Assembly (NCBI RefSeq): GCF_000020025.1
Contig: NC_010628.1
Location: 3,870,001-3,902,000, forward strand
Direction of reading: 5' to 3'
Source: Nostoc punctiforme PCC 73102
Lineage (GTDB): Bacteria > Cyanobacteriota > Cyanobacteriia > Cyanobacteriales > Nostocaceae
Length of the DNA stretch: 32,000 bases
The notes beneath the pieces are model-generated. The model saw only the letters and a list, made by a program, of their open reading frames with translations, was not told where the DNA came from and did not search any database. Within the stretch, counting starts at the first letter, position 1. Every line of letters begins with the position of its first letter. Positions 1 to 7,605 of this stretch are shown piece by piece. The position numbers were made by a program, and so were the translations under genes.

Positions 1-881
1 AATCATTTTGCCTTTGTATACTCAAAAACAAGTTTCGGGTTATCTACAAGTGGCGCGTAGTATCACTGATTTAGACCAACATCTGGCTTATTTAAGATTA
101 GCTTTGGTGTTGGGATTACCAATTTCGATGATTTTCGTTGGTTTGTCTAGTTGGTGGTTAGCAGGAAGGGCAATGCAACCTGTATATCTTTCCTACTAAC
201 AAATACAACAATTTACTGCTGATGCTGCCCATAAGTTTCGCACACCTTTAGCAGCAATGTACTCTACTATTGAAGCTGCTATCAAGTTACAGCAAGAACC
301 AAAATCCAATGGTGGAATTTTAGATGTACTCAAACGCCAAAATCGGCGACTATCACAATTAGTAGGAGATTTGCTGTTATTAACGAGGATAGATCAAAAA
401 CAACTAACAGGAGAATATCAGTCTTGCTGTTTGAATGATTTAATTAGCGACTTAATTGAGGAATTAGCATTTTTGGCTGTAGAAACTAAAGTAAATCTCT
501 CTAAACAGGTGCAAGTCTCAGAAAAACTGTATGTGATGGGAAATGAAGAACAGCTTTATCGCTTAATTTCCAACTTAATTGCCAATGCAATTCAAGCTAC
601 ATCTAGCGGTGGAAAAGTCACGGTTTTTTTTAGAAAAGAGTGAGCTTTACGCCATGATTAAAGTTGAAGATATAGGAATTGGTATTGCTGTTGAACATCA
701 ACAGCGAATTTTTGATCGCTTCTACCGAGTAGATCGCGACCGCTTTCGTACCTCTGGCGGTTCGGGTTTAGGATTAGCCATCGCAATCGCGATCGCCAGA
801 GCGCATAAAGGCAATATTCACGTTCAAAGTCAACCTGGGCTTGGTAGTACATTTACAGTTCAACTTCCTTTTTCATCGTGA
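1..881 (+). pseudogene. two-component sensor histidine kinase (HisKA + HATPase_c), 5'-partial and disrupted
   Basis: One frame reads QQFTADAAHKFRTPLAAM (H-box), then NLIANAIQAT, EDIGIGI and GGSGLGLAIA (N/G boxes). An in-frame TAA at 197-199 and a frame change at the T-run 624-631 split it into ORFs 8-199, 257-643 and 579-881. The 5' end lies outside the window. Confidence 0.8.
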
Positions 882-1030
882 TTTCTGGAAAAAATGTTGC
901 TATCTAGTGCATTATTTATCTTGATAACGATATTTTATGCTGAAGCTTTTGTTTAAAATCTAGAATCTAACATCATTTGATTTGGAGGAGTTTTGATAAA
1001 TAATATTCGCAATCGCTTTAGGGGTTTTAA

Positions 1031-1252
1031 GCGCAAAAGGTTGAACCATCACAACTAAAACAGTTGGTACATGAGTTATTGTCAGAGTCTAATCTCGACG
1101 CAACATATTTGATTGTGATTATTGGCTCATTTGCGTTAGCGTTCGCGCAGCGTTCCACAGGAAAGCTCCTCCGAAGGAGATCGCTACATTTGGTCTACTT
1201 GCCAATAGCACTGCTGTAATTATCGGCGCAATGATTATCGCACCTCTAATGT
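1031..1252 (+). pseudogene. N-terminal remnant of a DUF389-like membrane protein, split by a 44-nt repeat insertion
   Basis: Reading ...YLIVIIGSFA [44-nt insert] IATFGLLANSTAVIIGAMIIAPLM* matches the conserved DUF389 motif (GLL.NStAVIIGAMliAPLM) as I recall it. The insert shifts the frame and the ORF stops after about 70 aa. Confidence 0.35.
1136..1179. repeat. 44-nt GC-rich small dispersed repeat (CGTTCGCGCAGCGTTCCACAGG... plus CTCC..GGAG hairpin)
   Basis: GC-rich island inside an AT-richer ORF. It is related to 2458-2487 (GACGTTCGCGGAGCGTCCCGCAGGG). Its length is not a multiple of 3. Confidence 0.5.
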
Positions 1253-1431
1253 AGTCTTATCTAAACTAGGAGTTTTACCTAAAACAAATTCTAGTTTGTA
1301 GGCGAAAAAGCTAACAAAAATAACTAAAAATATACAGTATCCCAATAGTTCCCCATTTATTTTTTTGAGGCTCCACTTTCGGAGGATTGGAATCTATAGC
1401 GATACCTGGGTCAGTTTTCATAGTTTTGATG

Positions 1432-2379
1432 TCACGAATGAAACACTTTATCCGGTGCTGATTGAGTAAACCACTCCATAGCTCTTTCGGCGATCGCAGT
1501 AGGAACTGTATGGAATCCGTTGAAATCACGGTATTCTAGGTCATAGTCTGCTTGTTTTAACTGCTGCACAATCCGGCGACTGCACCGTTCAATCGGTAAC
1601 GCCGTATCGAACTTTCCATGAGAGATGAATACACGCGGTTTCCCGGATTGGCTAGCAGGAGCCATGAATCCGGGTGAAAAGGCAATAATGTGGTTAAACA
1701 GTTCGCCATTGGTAATGCCAACCGAAAGGGCGTAGGAAGCACCATCAGAGAAACCAGCGATCGCTACCTGGTTTGGAGCGATCGCATAATGACTGAAAGT
1801 TTGTGCTAGTGCCCGATCGATAAAGGCAATATCAGGGCCATAGCCACCCCGAATAATGTCCCAAGTTTGTTGGCGTGAGTCTACTGCCAACAGAATTGTC
1901 CCAAAGCGATTTGCCAGATGATGGAGGATTTTTAGCGCACCCTCCGCATCACCTCCGGCTCCATGCAATATCAACACCAGGGGAACGGGCTGATCTGCTT
2001 GATAGGTTTCAGGTACATAGACAAAACCATCTCGCTGCCCATCCAGTCCTAGTGGGTGTAACCCGGTCAAAGCGGTTGTTGTGGGGCGAGTTGGGCGTGA
2101 CAACAACTGTCCTTCAGCAGCTCTAGAATCAACTTGCTTTGAGCTTTCCATAACTAATAAATTCCGCTTTTGGCAATTGGATAGTTGAGAGGCAGCGAGT
2201 GGTAAAATCATCCCTGTTAGCCCGAACTGGAGTAGTTGTCGTCGTGTCCAGTCAGGAAGATTTTTATTTTGTGTCACTGCGATCGCAGCTAATGCATTGA
2301 GCAAAAAAATGTAACCAAACAATGGCATTAAGCCGAAAAATGTCTTACCCAAAGGTAACAATCCGATGACACCCAGCAA
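1432..2379 (-). CDS. secreted alpha/beta-hydrolase (phospholipase/carboxylesterase or PHB-depolymerase-type esterase) with Tat-like signal
   Basis: 315-aa ORF with LVLILHGAGGD, the GFSDG nucleophile elbow (G-x-S-x-G) and a C-terminal H. It has a twin-arginine motif, WTRRQLLQFGL. An in-frame GTG at 2277 would place the RR motif at a canonical N-terminal distance, so the true start may be 2277. Confidence 0.75.
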   Translation of the reverse strand: MLGVIGLLPLGKTFFGLMPLFGYIFLLNALAAIAVTQNKNLPDWTRRQLLQFGLTGMILPLAASQLSNCQKRNLLVMESSKQVDSRAAEGQLLSRPTRPTTTALTGLHPLGLDGQRDGFVYVPETYQADQPVPLVLILHGAGGDAEGALKILHHLANRFGTILLAVDSRQQTWDIIRGGYGPDIAFIDRALAQTFSHYAIAPNQVAIAGFSDGASYALSVGITNGELFNHIIAFSPGFMAPASQSGKPRVFISHGKFDTALPIERCSRRIVQQLKQADYDLEYRDFNGFHTVPTAIAERAMEWFTQSAPDKVFHS

Positions 2380-2457
2380 AGCATAAGAAATTGCAAAACT
2401 ATGATTAAATAAGCGTGCAATGCTAACACTGCTGTAGCAAGTAATTCCTAACGCCCC

Positions 2458-2487
2458 GACGTTCGCGGAGCGTCCCGCAGGGATGGG
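2458..2487. repeat. small GC-rich dispersed repeat, same family as 1136-1179
   Basis: GACGTTCGCGGAGCGTCCCGCAGGGATGGG is followed by a TCCCGC..GCGGGA hairpin. It lies in intergenic DNA. Confidence 0.4.
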
Positions 2488-2801
2488 ATGTTTTTTGCCG
2501 CGGGAAATCCCTTAACAATTCAAAATTCAAACAGCGTTCATTGAGTTTCTAATTCTTCTCTCACAGTCTGAAGAGCAGGAGGTATAGCTGTCCCCATAGC
2601 CTCTGCCAATTCTTTAGGAGGTTTTTGCAGAGAAGGCGATCGCATACATTCACCTGTATGAACACGAGAAACAGGCTTCATCTGATGCGTGGTACTGTAG
2701 TAGCGATGGGTTTGGGTAATTTTGCCCCGTTCCTGCATTGATTCATTAGATATTAGACTTGTCGGGAAATAAGAGAGAATAGACAGCAGTGGTAGGGAAG
2801 A

Positions 2802-3352
2802 ATGATGCTGAATATTGAAGGTGCGCTGAAGCAAGACCGACTGTTGAGGGCATTAACTGGGTTGAACCGGAAAGCATTTGATGCCCTTTTGCCCACGTTT
2901 ACCACGATGTACCTAGATACTCAACAGGCCAAGCCTCGTCAACGTGGCCTGGGTGGAGGACGCAAAGCCCGCTTACTTACAGCCCAAGACAAATTGTTTT
3001 TCATCCTTTTCTATTTCAAATGTTATCCGACCTTCGATGTGGCGGGACTGCTCTTTGATATGCATCGCTCCCAGGCACATGAGTGGATGCATCGATTGCA
3101 GCCAATATTAGAAGCGGCTTTGGGACAGAAGATGGCGCTGCCGGAACGCCATCTCGAAAGCATTGAAGCATTTTTGTCACGCTTTCCAGGAGTGCAACGA
3201 GTGATGATTGATGGGACAGAACGCCCAATTGCGCGACCTCAAGAAAGAGAACAACAAAAACTGAATTACTCCGGTAAAAGCGGCGGCATACCCGTAAGCA
3301 TCTAGCAGCAGTAGACCAAAGCAAACGAGTGCTGATACTGAGTTCTTCACTA
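2802..3352 (+). pseudogene. IS5-family DDE_Tnp_4 transposase, N-terminal segment
   Basis: MLNIEGALKQDRLLRALTGLNRKAFDALL...KLFFILFYFKCYPTFDVAGLLF...MIDGTERPIARPQ...NYSGK. A 1-nt loss in the A-run 3276-3279 shifts the frame; the shifted frame reads KRRHTRKHLAAVDQSKRVLILSSSL up to the IS630 insertion point. Confidence 0.75.
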
Positions 3353-3421
3353 GTAGTCTACCAAGGTAACTTTGCTAAGTAAAACCTCTAATTGGTAAAA
3401 TAGCCAAAAACGGGGTGTAAC

Positions 3422-3862
3422 ATGGCAAAAAAGTACATTGTTGACTTGAATGAAGATGAAGTTTCCCAACTGCAATCGATAATTAAGAAAGGTAAGCATA
3501 AGGCAAGAACCATAAGCCGTGCAAACATTCTTTTGATGGCTTCCGAAGGAGAAACGGATCAAGCGATCGCTAGCATAGTTAGAGCGCATGTTGCAACAGT
3601 GCAACGAATACGAGAAAAATTTGTCATTGGAGGGTTAGATTTTGCTTTAAAGGATGAAGTTCATCCACCAAAACATAAAAAATTAGATGAAAAGCAAGAA
3701 GCATTTTTGATTGCAACAGCTTGTTCTAATCCGCCAGAAGGAAGAGTGCGTTGGACAATGCAATTATTAGCAGATCATTTAGTGAACGTTGGTATCATAG
3801 ATTCAATCTCAGATGAAACAGTACGTCAAACTTTAAAAAAAATGAAATTAAGCCTTGGTTGA
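3422..3862 (+). CDS. IS630 transposase orfA (HTH DNA-binding part)
   Basis: 146-aa ORF. It ends just after an A8 run (3835-3842). The -1 frame continues as [14 protein letters not shown], the canonical IS630 linker. Confidence 0.85.
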   Translation: MAKKYIVDLNEDEVSQLQSIIKKGKHKARTISRANILLMASEGETDQAIASIVRAHVATVQRIREKFVIGGLDFALKDEVHPPKHKKLDEKQEAFLIATACSNPPEGRVRWTMQLLADHLVNVGIIDSISDETVRQTLKKMKLSLG

Positions 3863-4338
3863 AAGAACAATGGTGTATTCCTGAAGTTAACGCAGAATAT
3901 GTTTTCCGAATGGAAGATGTGCTGGATTTATACAATGAGCCTTATGATCCTAAACGCCCTGTAGTCTGCTTTGATGAACGTCCATACCAATTAGTAGAAG
4001 AAGTAAGACTTCCTTTGCCACCACAGCCAGAGCAACCTGAACGTTATGATTTTGAGTATAAACGTAACGGGACAGTAAATTTATTCGCATGTTTTCAACC
4101 CTTGGCTGGATGGCGGCATATCGAAGTTACAGAACGTCGAACTAAAGCCGATTTTGCTAAACAAATGAAAAATTTAGTAGATGTTTCCTACCGAGATGCC
4201 GATGTTATTCGTTTAGTAGTTGATAACTTGAATATTCATACACCCAATGCATTATATGAAGTTTTTCCACCAGAAGAAGCACGTCGAATTATTCAAAAGT
4301 TAGAGTTTCACTATACTCCTAAACACGCTTCTTGGTGA
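3859..4338 (+). CDS. IS630 transposase, DDE catalytic part (orfB), expressed as an orfAB fusion by a -1 frameshift
   Basis: [21 protein letters not shown]...VVCFDE...VVDNLNIHT...[10 protein letters not shown]. It is terminated by a TGA created by the 56-nt insertion. Confidence 0.8.
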   Translation: MKEQWCIPEVNAEYVFRMEDVLDLYNEPYDPKRPVVCFDERPYQLVEEVRLPLPPQPEQPERYDFEYKRNGTVNLFACFQPLAGWRHIEVTERRTKADFAKQMKNLVDVSYRDADVIRLVVDNLNIHTPNALYEVFPPEEARRIIQKLEFHYTPKHASW

Positions 4339-4589
4339 GCCAGTGCGTTGGGCGGGTTCCCCGACTTGAAGCAACTGGCGAACCCGAAGGGCTGAATCAG
4401 GTAGAAATCGAATTATCTGTTTTATCTCGCCAATGTTTAGAACGGCGTATTCCTAATGCAGAAACATTAACTTCTGAGATTGCCGCTTGGGAGAAAAAAC
4501 GTAATCAGCAAAAAGCTAGTGTTTATTGGGGTTTTCAAACCAAAGATGCTCGCCGAAAAATGGAGCGTTTATATCCAAATTTAACATAG
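4332..4589 (+). pseudogene. IS630 transposase C-terminal segment, out of frame because of the mini-insertion
   Basis: From 4392 it reads LNQVEIELSVLSRQCLERRIPNAETLTSEIAAWEKKRNQQ, which contains the last catalytic-region motif of the IS630 family. Confidence 0.7.
4336..4391. repeat. 56-nt GC-rich hairpin-forming mini-insertion inside the IS630 transposase gene
   Basis: It separates HYTPKHASW from LNQVEIELSVL, which are contiguous (HGSWLN) in IS630 transposases as I recall them. It contains the stem CGGGTTC(4353-4359)/GAACCCG(4380-4386). At 56 nt it shifts the frame and introduces a stop. Confidence 0.6.
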
Positions 4590-4613
4590 CAAAGTTAGCT
4601 TGGCAGACTACTA

Positions 4614-4958
4614 GAAGGCAAGTTACACGATAAAAGATTTCATGACGAAGATGACATTGCAGGCAGTATTCCTGACGAGATTCCCATTGAAGTTGATCTG
4701 GGGTTTCTGGGAGTCCAAAAACAGTATGTTAATATCCGCATTCCATATAAGAAACCTAAGGGTGGGGAATTATCACAGGAGCAGAAAGCTGCTAATAGGG
4801 AATTGAGCCAAGAGCGTGTGGTGTGTGAGAATGCCTTTGCTGGGGTAAAACGTTATCGTGCAGTCAGCGCGGTTTATCGTAATCACATTCAAGAGTTTGA
4901 CGATCATTTAATGTTGACAGCTGCTGGACTATGGAACTTTTACTTGATGGCAGCATAA
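4614..4958 (+). pseudogene. IS5-family DDE_Tnp_4 transposase, C-terminal segment
   Basis: EGKLHDKRFHDEDDIAG...VDLGFLGVQKQY...QEQKAANRELSQERVVCENAFAGVKRYRAVSAVYRN...LMLTAAGLWNFYL*. This is the typical DDE_Tnp_4 C-terminus. Confidence 0.75.
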
Positions 4959-5024
4959 AAATTAAATCAAAACCACAGGGACAGAATTTTAACTTAACTC
5001 TTAGTTATTTCCCAACAACTCTAG

Positions 5025-5333
5025 TGGTCAGGACAAGAATGGATTTATGCAATTGTTTGCCAGAATGAAACTCTCTACTTAGCTGAACAAGAATTTCATA
5101 CAACAAATGTACTAAAAAAGCCCACTGTTTCTACTCCAGCTTTTAGATTAGGGGACATAGTTGAGGTTGATTTCGGTGAACGGCCGACACGCCGTATTAT
5201 TCAAGGAATTTTTAGTCTCAAAGAGAATTGGCTTTATGGGGTAGAGTGGCGCTCCCCAACTTTAGAAGAAGTATCTGCCCAAAGCAGAACAATATGGCTT
5301 GCTGATGTAGATTTAGTTAATGTTAGTGTATAA
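5025..5333 (+). pseudogene. 5'-truncated hypothetical protein gene abutting the IS5-family element
   Basis: A 102-codon open frame with no Met starts exactly at the IS boundary, with a stop at 5022-5024 just upstream. It reads ...GDIVEVDFGERPTRRIIQGIFSLKENWLYGVEWRS... Confidence 0.4.
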
Positions 5334-5375
5334 CTATTGTCATTTGAGATTCAAGAATAAGGCTATAGGTTACTA

Positions 5376-5549
5376 TCACCCGCTCCTCTTGGTTTTGAGT
5401 GAGTTTAAGATGTCGTCACTACCCAGGGAATTTTTCATTGGTTGAGCCACATCTTCAGCATTTTCTACGAGTTGGGGTTCTGCTGCATCTGAAAGTTGCG
5501 ATACTACAATAGTAGATGTTTCCGCTTTTACCTCGTTTTTCGTTGCCAT
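5376..5549 (-). CDS. small hypothetical protein (57 aa)
   Basis: ATG-initiated ORF MATKNEVKAETSTIVVSQLSDAAEPQLVENAEDVAQPM..., same strand as and downstream of 5628-5825. There is no homology evidence. Confidence 0.25.
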   Translation of the reverse strand: MATKNEVKAETSTIVVSQLSDAAEPQLVENAEDVAQPMKNSLGSDDILNSLKTKRSG

Positions 5550-5627
5550 TAATCCTGACTGAAAAAATCTTTCTGAGTGTATAGTTTGATTGACCTTGTT
5601 ATTTAGTATGGCTTCTAGGGAATAACA

Positions 5628-5825
5628 TTAGCCACAACGAAACAGAGTTTCGAGATAAACTTGGGAAACACCGCGATCGCCATCAGCATTTTGCAGCAGA
5701 AACAGGGAGATGGCTGCGGTAATAAGGCGATGTTCATCCCAATCAGGATGTTTTTCTAAGTAGGTATTGAGAGATTGATGTAGCGTTTCGGGAAGAGTAG
5801 TAAAGATGTTTTGGGTTGAGTTCAT
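5628..5825 (-). CDS. small cyanobacterial conserved hypothetical (DUF2811-like)
   Basis: 65 aa: LPETLHQSLNTYLEKHPDWDEHRLITAAISLFLLQN. It resembles the short cyanobacteria-restricted family I recall as DUF2811. Confidence 0.5.
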   Translation of the reverse strand: MNSTQNIFTTLPETLHQSLNTYLEKHPDWDEHRLITAAISLFLLQNADGDRGVSQVYLETLFRCG

Positions 5826-6197
5826 ATAATAAAAGCTTCAGAAAAAGCAAATCAATAGGGACAACAAGCTAAAGGTGATACAGTGCAAGTACAGTTTCAC
5901 CCATTCAATGCTAGCCGCACCACTGGCACTAACAACTGAATAGTTTTATACAGTTGATGCTCAAAATGGAACAGGCGGCAAAGGCTAGTGGATTTATTTT
6001 GTGCTGATTGGCTCAGTTTGTCAATGTTACAAAATGTTAAAGAGAAATATAGAAAAAATAAATAATTACGTGAAAGCTAGGGTTAGAAGTAGGTTTTGTT
6101 TACGTTGCGTAATAATAACTCAGTAAAGCAGACTGATTGCTACAGACATGACAAAATACCCATTGGGTGAACAGAAGCCGATTATCTTGTAAAACAA

Positions 6198-6240
6198 CTG
6201 TGGAAAACAGCAGAAATAGCTGTGGAAAGTCTGTGGAATC
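6198..6240 (+). promoter_or_regulatory. three direct CTGTGGAA repeats upstream of the 6345 gene
   Basis: CTGTGGAAAA (6198), CTGTGGAAAG (6220) and CTGTGGAATC (6231). The spacings of 22 and 11 bp place them on the same helical face, about 105-145 bp upstream of the ATG. Confidence 0.3.
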
Positions 6241-6344
6241 TGGCAGGAAAGGTAGAGGTAATGATAAGAATTGCAAAAAGTTCAGATTTGTAATCTCTGC
6301 CGTTGCAGTGTAATATCAGCCTCAGTATTCCCAAGGAGCTAATC

Positions 6345-6761
6345 ATGAGAGGATGGGTAAACGATCCACATTCAGGAGGGGTAAAAATCCCGGAGCAAGT
6401 CAAACAGAGAACAAAGCAACGAATATTAGCCTATGCAGAGAAGCATTACGCGGGGAAATATATACGTATTGATGTGCGTTTTAAGGGATATTTCTGTTAC
6501 ATAGATGCTTATAAAGAACCATTTTTACCAGACAATGATGACCTATCAATGTTTAAAATAACACGCTCAGAATATATAGAGAGAGCCAAGAATACACCAA
6601 TTCATCTGTGTCGATTGCGGTACAAAGGGAATGAAGAGAAATGGACAAAGGCTTTTTATACTTATAGTAATGAAAAATACGAACCTAGCTTATTTAATAA
6701 TGGTACTTTTTATGGAACACCAGAAGAAGCATTTCAGAGTTCAGCATTGTATTTAGATTAA
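6345..6761 (+). CDS. conserved hypothetical protein
   Basis: ATG at 6345 is preceded by AAGGAG (6333-6338). It is 138 aa: ...IRIDVRFKGYFCYIDAY...HLCRLRYKGNEEKWTKAFYTYSNEKYEP...GTPEEAF. The ORF track's upstream extension (6303) lacks an RBS. Confidence 0.6.
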   Translation: MRGWVNDPHSGGVKIPEQVKQRTKQRILAYAEKHYAGKYIRIDVRFKGYFCYIDAYKEPFLPDNDDLSMFKITRSEYIERAKNTPIHLCRLRYKGNEEKWTKAFYTYSNEKYEPSLFNNGTFYGTPEEAFQSSALYLD

Positions 6762-6844
6762 TCAAATTTTGACAGCTTTCATGATTTTTGAGATAGAAAT
6801 ATAAAATTGTTTGGCTAATAAAAAAAGTAACAATATCGATCAAT

Positions 6845-7603
6845 ATGTCTGAATCTTATACGTTTCAACCTTTACCGCTAATTAATCCTAGCTTGGATAT
6901 TAGTGAGAATCACTACTGGAATTACCATAATATCGAGGAACTAATTAGTTGTAAAAAGCCTTTGACGGCATCTCTTGATGAAGATTTATTTATTGCTGTG
7001 CATCAAATGTGTGAACTTGCTTTTCACCAAATGATTATTGATATGGAACGAGTTTTGAAGACTTTAGCACAAGCACTACAAGATGCAACTGATCCGATCA
7101 TTGGCAATACGGCAGAGGTATGCTATTTTTTTCGTCGCATCCTGCGTCTTTACGAAGTTGTAAATACAACGATGCCGATTTTGGCGACAATGCGTGCTTT
7201 TGCGGAGTTCAGAACTAGTATTGGGCCTACTAGCGGGTTTCAGTCTTTTCAGTTCCGTCATCTAGAAATTATGAGTGGGGTTTGTAAATACTGGGATGGT
7301 GGTACTAAAAATGCTGAGGGGAAATTGCATATTGCTGAGATCGAGTTTAATCAACGCTATGGTGAACAGGTAGCACAATGGTTTGAATTATATCGTCAGC
7401 ACAACCTTACTTACTATTATCAAATCTTGATTAACCGCGCGGCTGGTAATTCTCAGGCAGAATGTCTAGTCAATTTACAAACTAATACAAATGCTAGTGC
7501 AATTCTTCAGTGCTTTAGCGCTTATGATAATTTGCAAAGGCGATTTCATAAATCTCATCTAGGGTTGGCAATTACACAACTAAAAATAGTTGGTGCTGAT
7601 CAG
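6845..7603 (+). pseudogene. tryptophan 2,3-dioxygenase (TDO)-like protein gene, interrupted by ISAs1
   Basis: VHQMCELAFHQ (the TDO HQxxELWF-type motif), FAEFRTSIGPTSGFQSFQFRHLE (SGFQSxQFR hallmark) and FHKSH near the C-terminus. The frame runs into the IS at about 7601-7604. A 19-codon in-frame tail, LAYYRGFRYVREMLKILP*, resumes at 8799-8855. Confidence 0.65.
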
Positions 7604-7605
7604 GG

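Larger units (their letters stand above)
3353..4611 (+). mobile_element. IS630-family insertion sequence, copy 1 (1259 bp)
   Basis: About 28-bp imperfect IRs (GTAGTCTACCAAGGTAACTTTGCTA / TAGCAAAGTTAGCTTGGCAGACTAC). TA target duplication at 3351-3352 and 4612-4613. Removing the IS plus one TA restores the host transposase frame (..LILSSSL|EGKLHDKRF..). Confidence 0.88.
2754..5023 (+). mobile_element. IS5-family (HTH_Tnp_4/DDE_Tnp_4, Harbinger-like) insertion sequence, itself interrupted by IS630
   Basis: Imperfect terminal IRs: TAGACTTGTCGGGAAATAAGAGAG (2754-) against the reverse complement of the right end, TAGAGTTGTTGGGAAATAACTAAGAG (-5023). It is about 1009 bp once the IS630 plus TA is removed. 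The TSD is not resolvable. Confidence 0.7.

Noticed and set aside
197-199. In-frame TAA (HK), TAG (HsdM, 14266-14268) and TGA (IS4-A, 23576-23578; IS630, 4336-4338), considered as recoding, selenocysteine or read-through signals
   Set aside because: Each occurs in a gene with additional lesions (frameshifts, truncation, insertion). There is no SECIS-like context and nothing consistent across them. Ordinary pseudogenisation is the simpler explanation.
1360-1400. CTCC-ACTTTC-GGAG hairpin next to a T-run downstream of the esterase gene, considered as a terminator
   Set aside because: On the esterase (minus) transcript the hairpin is followed by an A-run, not a U-run. On the plus strand the T-run precedes the hairpin. 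The geometry is wrong for an intrinsic terminator.
1311-2126. ORFs 1311-1529 (-), 1557-1745 (-) and 1875-2126 (+)
   Set aside because: They are alternate-frame or antisense ORFs within or abutting the esterase gene (1432-2379), which has clear catalytic motifs.
2538-2834. 98-aa minus-strand ORF crossing the left boundary of the IS5-family element
   Set aside because: It is chimeric: its first ~27 codons are IS sequence. The part outside the IS (2538-2753) could be a gene fragment, but I cannot assign any family or a credible start, so it is not reported as a feature.
3350-3604. 84-aa ORF antisense to the IS630 5' end (also at 18558-18812)
   Set aside because: It is present twice only because the IS is duplicated. 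It overlaps the orfA start and the IR, has no recognisable motif and is likely fortuitous.
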